From an uncultured Dehalococcoidia bacterium (GTDB lineage Bacteria; Chloroflexota; Dehalococcoidia; Lucifugimonadales; GCA-2712585): a stretch of 64,000 bases of DNA. The notes under the pieces are model-generated. The model did not search any database, had not been told where the DNA came from, and saw only the letters and a list, made by a program, of their open reading frames with translations. The stretch is from positions 1,987-65,986 of the forward strand of contig CAYTPK010000025.1 in NCBI GenBank assembly GCA_964439905.1, given 5' to 3'. Positions 29,419-36,780 of this stretch are shown here, in pieces; the first letter of the stretch is position 1; every line of letters starts with the position of its first letter. The position numbers and the translations under genes are program-made.

Positions 29419-30890
29419 ACAACATAAACGAATTCCAAAGGAAATTGCTCATGGATCGCAGTGTACCCGGTAGGATAGGTTCGATCCTACCTGACCTGGA
29501 TGTACCCAAACAAAAACTGCCTGGGCCAGAGTTGCTCCGCGACAATTTAGAATTTCCGGAATTATCTGAACCCGAAATTGTGCGCTATTTTACGAACTTA
29601 AGTCGGCTAAATTTTTCTATAGACACAAACTTTTACCCACTAGGAAGTTGTACTATGAAGTACAACCCTAAAATTAATGACGAAATTGCCTTCGCTCCGA
29701 GTTATGGTGGAATCCATCCAAATCAACCAATTGAAGAAGTACAGGGTGCATTAACAATCCTTTACAGGCTTCAAGGATATTTAAGAGAAATCACAGGGAT
29801 GTCTGGTGTAAGCTTGGCTCCCCTAGCGGGCGCTCAGGGAGAACTTGCTGGTGTCCTCATGATGAGACGATATTTGATAGACAATGGACAACCTCAGCGA
29901 CTGAAGATGCTGATCCCAGATAGTGCCCATGGAACTAACCCTGCATCCGCAAAAATGGCCGGATTTAACGTAGTATCAGTTCCAACCGACGATTCTGGCA
30001 ACACCGATCTCGAAGCGCTGAGGAAAGAAGCAACAAACGACCTTGCAGGAATTATGATTACCCTCCCAAGTACTCTAGGCTTATTCGATCAGAACATTGT
30101 GGAGATTTGTAACATCATTCACCATGCTGGAGGCCTTGTTTATGCGGACGGAGCTAATATGAATGCACTTCTAGGCCAGGTGAAAATAGGTGAGTTGGGA
30201 TTTGATGTTATGCACCTAAATCTCCACAAGACTTTCAGTACGCCTCACGGAGGTGGCGGACCAGGAGCAGGACCAGTGGCAGTCAAATCTATGTTAGAGC
30301 CATACTTACCTACTCCTGTTATAGATGTCCAGCAATCATCTGATGAAAACAGCTACTATCTAAAAAGCCCGGACAAATCTATTGGGAAGCTGGCGGCCTT
30401 CCATGGAAACTTCGGTGTTCTGGTAAGGGCATATGTCTATATAAGATCCCTTGGAGACTACGGCCTAAAACAAATCAGCCAAAATGCCGTTTTAAATGCA
30501 AACTATATTAAGGAACATCTAAAAGATTATTATAACCTTCCGTTCGACAGGAATTGCATGCACGAAGCCGTGTTTTCTGCAACCAAGCATAAGGACAAAG
30601 GCGTGAATGGGCTTTCCATATCAAAACGATTATTGGACTACGGTTTCCATGCACCTACGATGTATTTTCCTCTAACTGTTGACGAAGCTCTACTAGTAGA
30701 ACCCACAGAAACTGAAAGTAAAGAGACCCTGGATTTATTCATTGAAACAATGAAAACAATTGACCATGAAGCCCAATCCCAACCAGATCTAGTACATGAC
30801 GCCCCTCACAATACGCCTATTAGAAGATTGGACGAAGCCAGAGCTGCCCGGCAACCAGATCTTCGTTGGTCACGTTCAGAGGAGTCTTGA
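29415..30890 (+). CDS. gcvPB: Glycine dehydrogenase (decarboxylating) subunit 2
   Basis: PLP-Lys region HLNLHKTFSTPHGGGGPG, 491 aa. Confidence 0.9.
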   Translation: MNNINEFQRKLLMDRSVPGRIGSILPDLDVPKQKLPGPELLRDNLEFPELSEPEIVRYFTNLSRLNFSIDTNFYPLGSCTMKYNPKINDEIAFAPSYGGIHPNQPIEEVQGALTILYRLQGYLREITGMSGVSLAPLAGAQGELAGVLMMRRYLIDNGQPQRLKMLIPDSAHGTNPASAKMAGFNVVSVPTDDSGNTDLEALRKEATNDLAGIMITLPSTLGLFDQNIVEICNIIHHAGGLVYADGANMNALLGQVKIGELGFDVMHLNLHKTFSTPHGGGGPGAGPVAVKSMLEPYLPTPVIDVQQSSDENSYYLKSPDKSIGKLAAFHGNFGVLVRAYVYIRSLGDYGLKQISQNAVLNANYIKEHLKDYYNLPFDRNCMHEAVFSATKHKDKGVNGLSISKRLLDYGFHAPTMYFPLTVDEALLVEPTETESKETLDLFIETMKTIDHEAQSQPDLVHDAPHNTPIRRLDEARAARQPDLRWSRSEES

Positions 30891-31281
30891 TCTGACGATA
30901 GTTGATCATAAATTCGCCCCGGAATTGCCTTGGAGACCCCGCTACAGGGTATGGTCCGTGACCGGATTCGAAAATGCCAATAATCCTGTAGACTGCACTT
31001 TGCATTACAGTAAGATTGAACCCAACGCAGGTGCACCATTGCATACCCATGGAGTCGATGAATTAATAACAGTCATAGAAGGCTGTTTAGAAGGAACAAT
31101 TGAGGAAAAGACACAAATTGTAGCGGCCAATCAGACTATGGTTATACCTAAAGGAAAGCCTCATGGATTCAAGGGAATTGGACCAGGCACCACAACCACC
31201 TTAGTCTTTTTCCCGTGCAAAGACGGATCACAAGACACTAATTACTTAGAAGGCCTCCCCCCCGAGATATACAAGAAATGA
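30796..31281 (+). CDS. Cupin-domain protein (start uncertain)
   Basis: Cupin core GAPLHTHGVDELITVIEG...PKGKPHGF. The track ORF overlaps gcvPB by 95 nt. The real start is probably a non-ATG codon after 30890 (CTG 30892 follows AGAGGAG). Confidence 0.55.
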   Translation: MTPLTIRLLEDWTKPELPGNQIFVGHVQRSLDLTIVDHKFAPELPWRPRYRVWSVTGFENANNPVDCTLHYSKIEPNAGAPLHTHGVDELITVIEGCLEGTIEEKTQIVAANQTMVIPKGKPHGFKGIGPGTTTTLVFFPCKDGSQDTNYLEGLPPEIYKK

Positions 31282-31405
31282 CCGGTCTCCTCATTTGATT
31301 GCCACTCTAACGATGAATTATCCCAAAAATGCACCATTCTTCCGCTGCATAGGTTGTTCGGTGTAGGATTAGAAAACATTATACATAACTTAAGGAGCTT
31401 GACTG

Positions 31406-31867
31406 ATGATTATAGAAACGGGCAGCTTAGCCCCAGATTTTAATCTGACGGATCAAAATGGCCGCAATATAACTCTAAGCCAATACAGAGGACAAAAAAA
31501 CGTAATACTTTCTTGGCACGTCTTTGATTTTACAGGCGGGTGAACTAACCAAGTCTCTTCATTTAACCGAATTATTGGTGATTTTGAAAAGATTTCTTCC
31601 CAGGTTCTGGGAATCAGTACTGACAGTCAACACTCGCACCGTGCATGGTCGAACGCATTGGGAGGTATCAAATATCCATTACTGGCAGATTTTTACCCAC
31701 AAGGAGAAATGACAGAATCATACGGTATATTAAATATCGCTACCGGAGCTCCTTTGAGGGCAGTCGTCATAGTAGACAAAAATGGTATGGTGAGATTCGC
31801 CAAAGAATACCCTCCAGGCTCTATTCCAGATCCAAGTTGTATACTGGAATTCCTGGCAACTCTTTAA
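31406..31867 (+). CDS. AhpE-like (AhpC/TSA family) peroxiredoxin, predicted selenoprotein; TGA at 31541-31543 read as Sec; 153 aa
   Basis: AAGGAG RBS 8 nt before ATG 31406. 45 sense codons are followed by TGA, then the frame continues into track ORF 31658..31867. The motif APDFNL...VFDFTGG-TGA-TNQ places TGA at the peroxidatic Cys. Confidence 0.7.
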
Positions 31868-31892
31868 CCAATCGCTTACCTGACTAACCCGT

Positions 31893-32711
31893 ATGCCAAA
31901 ACAAAGCATAAAAAACAGTTCACAACACGATGTATTCAAAGAGGGTGATCTATTGATGATGATAGATCGCAAAGGTCGCCGTTACATGACGACTCTCAAG
32001 ATTGGAGCTGAGTTTCACTGTCATTTAGGCTATGTAGAACACAACAACATTTTGGGGCGTGGACAAGGGGAATGGTGCCAAACTACCAAGGGAAATATCC
32101 TTCTCATGTTAAAACCTACCCTAAGCGACTACGTCCTGAATATGAAGCGAGAAACACAAGTAATTTATCCAAAAGATATTGGGTTGATTATCATGCTTGC
32201 CGACATTTTCCCCGGGGCTAAGGTAGTGGAAGCTGGCTTCGGATCAGGAGCCTTGACCTTGGGTCTGTTGAGATCTGCCGGCACCTACGGATGCGTCACG
32301 TCTTATGAATTGAGAAAGGGCCAAGCCACTAAGGCTCTGACTAATATAGCTCCATTCCTTCAACAAACGGATAATCTAACAATAAAATATGGCGATATTT
32401 ACGAGGCCTTAGACGAAACTAATATTGATAGATTAGTTCTCGACGTACCAGAGCCATGGAACGTTGTATCTAACGCCGCGCAGTCACTTATACCTGGTGG
32501 TATTTTCCTTAGTTTTCTACCTACCGTATTACAGGTACACAAGTTGGTCAGAGAACTTAATGATCAAACATGCTTTCAGCTAATAGAAACTATAGAAACT
32601 CTCGTGCGACCTTGGCATGTCACTCAGAAAAGCATGCGGCCCACACACAGGATGGTGGCACACACTGGTTTTATTACTACGGCTCGCCTATGTTCTACGC
32701 GACCCAGATAG
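31893..32711 (+). CDS. trmI: tRNA (adenine58-N1)-methyltransferase TrmI (GCD14 family)
   Basis: VVEAGFGSGALTLGLLR SAM motif and LDVPEPW, 272 aa. Confidence 0.8.
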   Translation: MPKQSIKNSSQHDVFKEGDLLMMIDRKGRRYMTTLKIGAEFHCHLGYVEHNNILGRGQGEWCQTTKGNILLMLKPTLSDYVLNMKRETQVIYPKDIGLIIMLADIFPGAKVVEAGFGSGALTLGLLRSAGTYGCVTSYELRKGQATKALTNIAPFLQQTDNLTIKYGDIYEALDETNIDRLVLDVPEPWNVVSNAAQSLIPGGIFLSFLPTVLQVHKLVRELNDQTCFQLIETIETLVRPWHVTQKSMRPTHRMVAHTGFITTARLCSTRPR

Positions 32712-32776
32712 TCTAGCCATAACAATATATTACCATATGAATACTCGATGTTCCGTGTAATATAACGCCCACAGTT

Positions 32777-34006
32777 TCACATCCATCTATCCGAGATTTC
32801 CCATTTCAGATGCGGATATCTACCATAGAGTAAAGGCATATGTGATTCTGTCATCATCGGCATTGGAAGCTCTCCGAGGATTGCCATCTCTTCACACCCC
32901 ATTTTATGACACCATAGTTCTTCATTCGAAACATTCTTACCTTGAATTAATACCTTGAATTCCCCGAATCCCTCTGAACTCACCAAGTCCAACATGGATA
33001 ATCTGTTTGACAACTTTATATGCCCATTAGTATCCATTAACTGCAATCGTTTTAGAAAATGCGGAAATCCTAAATTCGTCAAAAACTCCCGTTGCGAAAG
33101 ATATTCTTTATTAACAAATCCTTCTGCTAACCCACACTGGGTCAGAGTTGTATAGTTTACCTGAGATGTGATGTCTTGGTTGCCGATATGCAGGTAGGGA
33201 TTATTAGTTTGGGCATGACGATAAAAACATGTCAATGTCCCTTGGTTTTTACTTTTTGAGTAGAGATCTCCCGTTACTCCACCGTAATCAACAGTAACTA
33301 TAAATCCTCGTTTCAGTATTCGTGATACATCCTTGCTCCATCTGCAAATGTTAAGGTTTACTTCCGAAACATGACCTTCGGGTAATTCAACACCAAGTAG
33401 ATCAAAGTAAGCTCTTAATTCTTGAGTTGAAAGAGGCCCCGCCTTTTCCACAAACATCCCATTCTTAAGTGTAACGTATATTTCCTGGAGAATTCCTTCC
33501 TTCATCCGCACCCTATGGACCGGGAACGAATCAATCAATTCGTTTGACAGAACACATCCTTCTATTTCTCGTCCTTCGAATTCTACTATATCGGAATATG
33601 AACTTCTTTTTCGATCGGTGTTTATTCTTGTCTTACTCTGTTCACTTCTATCAATGGAAACATACTCCAAATTATTGTAGAACGCCTTGGAAAGGTGCTG
33701 TAGATATTTGGTGACGTCTCGCTTTAACAAACCATTCCCGGACCCAACTTCGACTATAGTAAATGGTTTAGGTTCGCCCATAATCTGCCACATCTGGAAA
33801 AGCTGTACAGAAATTAACGCCCCAAAAATCGGATGAGTACTGGGAGATGTGTAATAATCACCTGATGAGCCTACCGGGCTTCGTTTGGTATAATAACCTA
33901 TCCCTGGAGAATAAAGAGCCTTCTCCATGAACTCAGCAAAAGTAATTTGGCCTTGTTCCTGGATACTTTCGCGTATAACATCCTCAACCGAGCCGTACAG
34001 ACTCAA
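32777..34006 (-). CDS. SAM-dependent methyltransferase, MidA/NDUFAF7 (DUF185) family
   Basis: ITFAEFMEKALYSPGIGYY and VEVGSGNG, 409 aa. Confidence 0.7.
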   Translation of the reverse strand: MSLYGSVEDVIRESIQEQGQITFAEFMEKALYSPGIGYYTKRSPVGSSGDYYTSPSTHPIFGALISVQLFQMWQIMGEPKPFTIVEVGSGNGLLKRDVTKYLQHLSKAFYNNLEYVSIDRSEQSKTRINTDRKRSSYSDIVEFEGREIEGCVLSNELIDSFPVHRVRMKEGILQEIYVTLKNGMFVEKAGPLSTQELRAYFDLLGVELPEGHVSEVNLNICRWSKDVSRILKRGFIVTVDYGGVTGDLYSKSKNQGTLTCFYRHAQTNNPYLHIGNQDITSQVNYTTLTQCGLAEGFVNKEYLSQREFLTNLGFPHFLKRLQLMDTNGHIKLSNRLSMLDLVSSEGFGEFKVLIQGKNVSNEELWCHKMGCEEMAILGELPMPMMTESHMPLLYGRYPHLKWEISDRWM

Positions 34007-34068
34007 ACCACACTACCCAACATCACACAACACCATAGGACACACCTGTTTAAAGTTGCCCAAGCACA

Positions 34069-35208
34069 CTATGTTCTCTTCTCAATTGGTATGTATTCTA
34101 AATCCATCTCGCCGGTATACTGTGTTAAAGGTCGTATTAATACGTTGTTTTCATACTGTTCCATACATTGCAGCGTCCATCCAGGAATCCGCCCCAGAGC
34201 AAATATGGGTATAAACAAATCTTCAGGAATTCCTAACAGGTGATACACAGCCCCGGCAAAGAAGTCCACGTTGACATATATTCCCTTATTTTGGTAGGGC
34301 TTCATGACTTCCTGCAATGACGTTAGAATTTGGAACCAATGCGGCTCACCCTTTTGTTCTCCTAATACCCTTGCCCTCTCTCTTAAATGTCTCGCTCTTG
34401 GGTCCTCAGCACGATAGACTCTGTGTCCGAATCCCATGATTCGTTGCCCATTTTCTATAGTCGTCTTAGCATAATTCGCTGCATTACTGGGGTCACCAAT
34501 ATCTTGAGACATTTTCATAACGGATTCAGCTGCTCCACCATGGAGAGGCCCTTTAAGAGTACCTATCCCAGTAACTACAGCAGAATGAAGGTCGGACATT
34601 GTAGAAGCCGTAACCCTAGCCGCAAAGGCCGAGGCGTTAGACCCATGTTCAGCATGAATGATAAAATCTACGTCCATGAGATTTGTTTCTTGATCCATCG
34701 GTTTTTGGCCTGTAAGCATGTATAAGAAATTACCCGCATGGTTTAGAGCAGGATTAGGCGTTACAGGCTCAAGATCTTGCCGAATTCTGTGATGAGCCGT
34801 CACAATAGACACGGCTTGGGAGGTTAATCTGATACCCTTCTCTCGAGTGGCCTCTATAGACTTGTCTTCCACGTCAGGATCAAAGGCAGACAATGCAGAA
34901 ATTCCTGTTCTCAAGACGTCCATAGGATGACAATCCTTGATCAGACGTATTATGTCTACGATTTCCTTAGGGAGCCCTCTATTAGCCCGTAGCCTAGAAT
35001 CAAGATCGGATAATTCTACTGCTGTAGGTAGTTTCCCGTATAGAAGAAGATACGTCACTTCCTCAAAGGTAGACAGTTCTGCCAAGTCATGTATGTTATA
35101 ACCACGGTATAACAACTTTCCGACAGAGCCATCGATAAAACTGGCATCGCTGGTGTCAAAATAGACTCCCTTTAGACCTCTGTGGATCTCTCCAGCCTCA
35201 GTTCCCAT
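34069..35208 (-). CDS. gltA: Citrate synthase (small, ~380 aa type)
   Basis: GPLHGGA, GFGHRVY and the catalytic His/Asp context. Confidence 0.9.
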   Translation of the reverse strand: MGTEAGEIHRGLKGVYFDTSDASFIDGSVGKLLYRGYNIHDLAELSTFEEVTYLLLYGKLPTAVELSDLDSRLRANRGLPKEIVDIIRLIKDCHPMDVLRTGISALSAFDPDVEDKSIEATREKGIRLTSQAVSIVTAHHRIRQDLEPVTPNPALNHAGNFLYMLTGQKPMDQETNLMDVDFIIHAEHGSNASAFAARVTASTMSDLHSAVVTGIGTLKGPLHGGAAESVMKMSQDIGDPSNAANYAKTTIENGQRIMGFGHRVYRAEDPRARHLRERARVLGEQKGEPHWFQILTSLQEVMKPYQNKGIYVNVDFFAGAVYHLLGIPEDLFIPIFALGRIPGWTLQCMEQYENNVLIRPLTQYTGEMDLEYIPIEKRT

Positions 35209-35406
35209 GCAAAGACTCCTTAAAGGAAATGTACGAAATAGCGCAAAACAACAGGGTAGAAAATCAAGCGGGGACTAACCATCGCAGGACAAAATTTTAA
35301 CATCGGGCCCTGTAGCTGTCAAACCAAAATTCCGTAGGTTCTATATGCCCTTTGATTGCCGATTGGAGTCACTTTTAAGTATGATATAAACTGAAATAGA
35401 AGGTTC

Positions 35407-35498
35407 GGAGGGATGCCGGAGTGGACGAACGGGGCGGTCTTGAAAACCGCTGTCTCGAGCAATCGGGACCGTGGGTTCGAATCCCACTCCCTCCGCCA
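35407..35498 (+). tRNA. tRNA-Ser (anticodon UGA), CCA encoded
   Basis: Acceptor GGAGGGA/TCCCTCC, anticodon loop CTTGAAA, long variable arm, T-loop GGTTCGAATCC. Confidence 0.9.
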
Positions 35499-35584
35499 GA
35501 CAAGAAAACTGCATTTCTTTAACTCAAACATGGACGTGGAAATGTGATTTGTCTGGTTAAGACTGGAGTGCAGGAGACACTTCT

Positions 35585-35839
35585 GTGAAATTGACTGTAC
35601 AATATTACGCACTCTACAGAGAGCGAACGGGTCTCCGTTACGAGGTCTTTGATTTGGAAGATGACTCATCGGTATCCGACATCCTAATGGCGGTAAGGTC
35701 ACGACATCCAAATCTGGCTCCCGTTGAGATAGAAATTTTAGTAGCCGTTAATGAAGAATATGCATCAAAAGACCAACGGTTGTCTTCCGGAGATTGTGTA
35801 GCTCTAATCCCTCCAGTTAGTGGGGGGACGACCTTATGA
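35585..35839 (+). CDS. moaD: MoaD/ThiS-family sulfur carrier with 3-residue extension beyond GG
   Basis: GTG start. It ends ...ALIPPVSGG-TTL and its stop overlaps the moaE ATG. Confidence 0.7.
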   Translation: MKLTVQYYALYRERTGLRYEVFDLEDDSSVSDILMAVRSRHPNLAPVEIEILVAVNEEYASKDQRLSSGDCVALIPPVSGGTTL

Positions 35840-36249
35840 TACTGCTTACACAGGAACCACTTAAGCCTGGGTCTCTTACCTCAGAAGTTACCCGCGATCG
35901 CAACGGAGCAGTAATCACATTCCTTGGTAACACACGTCGATTGAACGGCGACAAAGAGGTTCTGTTTTTGGAATACGAGGCTTATGAACCCATGGCTCTA
36001 AAGGAACTGGAAAAAATAAAACGCGCAGCCATTGATAAATGGGGCGATGTCGATATTGCAATTGCTCATCGATTTGGGAAATTGGAAATAGAGGAGACTA
36101 GCTTAGTAGTCGTTGTCGGTTCTAAACATCGACGAGAAAGTTTTGAAGCCTGCAAATTTATCGTAGATCAAATTAAAGAAACCGTTCCTATATGGAAAAA
36201 AGAGGTTTTCGCTGACGGATCAATTTGGGTTGGGTGTCAATCCCACTAG
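35836..36249 (+). CDS. moaE: Molybdopterin synthase catalytic subunit MoaE
   Basis: 137 aa with GAVITFLGNTR and PIWKKE. Confidence 0.85.
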   Translation: MILLTQEPLKPGSLTSEVTRDRNGAVITFLGNTRRLNGDKEVLFLEYEAYEPMALKELEKIKRAAIDKWGDVDIAIAHRFGKLEIEETSLVVVVGSKHRRESFEACKFIVDQIKETVPIWKKEVFADGSIWVGCQSH

Positions 36250-36346
36250 CACTCACTAAACACCATGCACCAGACGGATTGATACTTAGAAACCTCTTAT
36301 CCAGTCCCACTTCATCGATACTAGGAAAATTCGTGGTCCTCCCCTA

Positions 36347-36375
36347 TTGCACAGAATCCATTACTGCTTCATAAT
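36347..36375 (+). promoter_or_regulatory. Promoter of the stand-alone 5S rRNA gene
   Basis: TTGCAC (36347-36352), 17-nt spacer, CATAAT (36370-36375). It lies about 15 nt upstream of the 5S 5' end. Confidence 0.5.
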
Positions 36376-36390
36376 TTCCACCGAAACAAT

Positions 36391-36510
36391 TCCCTGGTGG
36401 TTAGAGCGGGGTGGTCCCACCCGTTACCATTCCGAACACGGAAGTGAAACGCCCCAGCGCTGACGATACTGCCTTGGCAACGGGGTGGGAAAATAAGCCA
36501 CTGCCAGGGT
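36391..36510 (+). rRNA. rrf: 5S ribosomal RNA (no 16S or 23S within the window)
   Basis: CCCUGGUGG...GGUCCCACC...CCAUUCCGAACACGGAAGUGAAACGCCCCAGCGC...CACUGCCAGGG, followed by a T6 run (36510-36515). Confidence 0.9.
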
Positions 36511-36629
36511 TTTTTCATTGATGCACTTTTAACAATCTTGTTAACTGGTCCCATAACTTACTTAGAGTCCCAGCGCTCACAATACATGGAGACATTAACA
36601 AGGTTCCCAATGATGTCACCAAAATTACT

Positions 36630-36658
36630 TTACACCTCAGACAGGTCAATAATATAAT
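36630..36658 (+). promoter_or_regulatory. Candidate clpC promoter
   Basis: TTACAC (36630-36635), 17-nt spacer, TATAAT (36653-36658). This implies a 5' UTR of about 115 nt. Confidence 0.45.
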
Positions 36659-36780
36659 GGTTCACTAATCCCCGCAGACAGAAACCGGCGGGAAGTAATG
36701 GAAGGCCGTAACCGCATCGTGCGGATAGGGCCTCGACAGTCAGGGGCATCTGGAGCCTAAAAATCCTGAGGGGCACGGCT

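Noticed and set aside
31360-31400. PerR/Fur-type box upstream of the Sec-peroxiredoxin (ACATTATACATAAC).
   Set aside because: It does not form the 7-1-7 inverted repeat TTATAAT-N-ATTATAA. It is just an AT-rich -10 region.
35407-35498. A type-II tRNA with a long variable arm, considered as a possible tRNA-Sec (selC) given the two predicted selenoproteins.
   Set aside because: The anticodon loop is CTTGAAA, so the anticodon is UGA, which reads the Ser codon UCA. It is not UCA. The acceptor and T arms have normal 7/5 geometry. This is tRNA-Ser.
35499-35584. Moco riboswitch upstream of moaD, or an att-like site at the tRNA-Ser 3' end (CAGACAA...TTGTCTG inverted 7-mers).
   Set aside because: No conserved Moco-motif sequence is visible. 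There is no integrase, direct repeat of the tRNA 3' end or foreign-looking genes nearby.
35319-35711. Track ORF (130 aa, minus strand).
   Set aside because: It runs antisense through tRNA-Ser and the 5' end of moaD. It has no RBS and is spurious.
36369-36554. Track ORF (61 aa, minus strand) in the moaE-clpC spacer.
   Set aside because: It lies entirely antisense to the 5S rRNA gene and is a spurious ORF.
36641-36666. GGTCAAT...GGTTCAC in the clpC promoter, considered as a CtsR operator.
   Set aside because: The CtsR box is a heptad direct repeat with a 3-nt spacer (GGTCAAAnanGGTCAAA). Here the half-sites are 15 nt apart and the second is poorly matched. There is no ctsR gene upstream.
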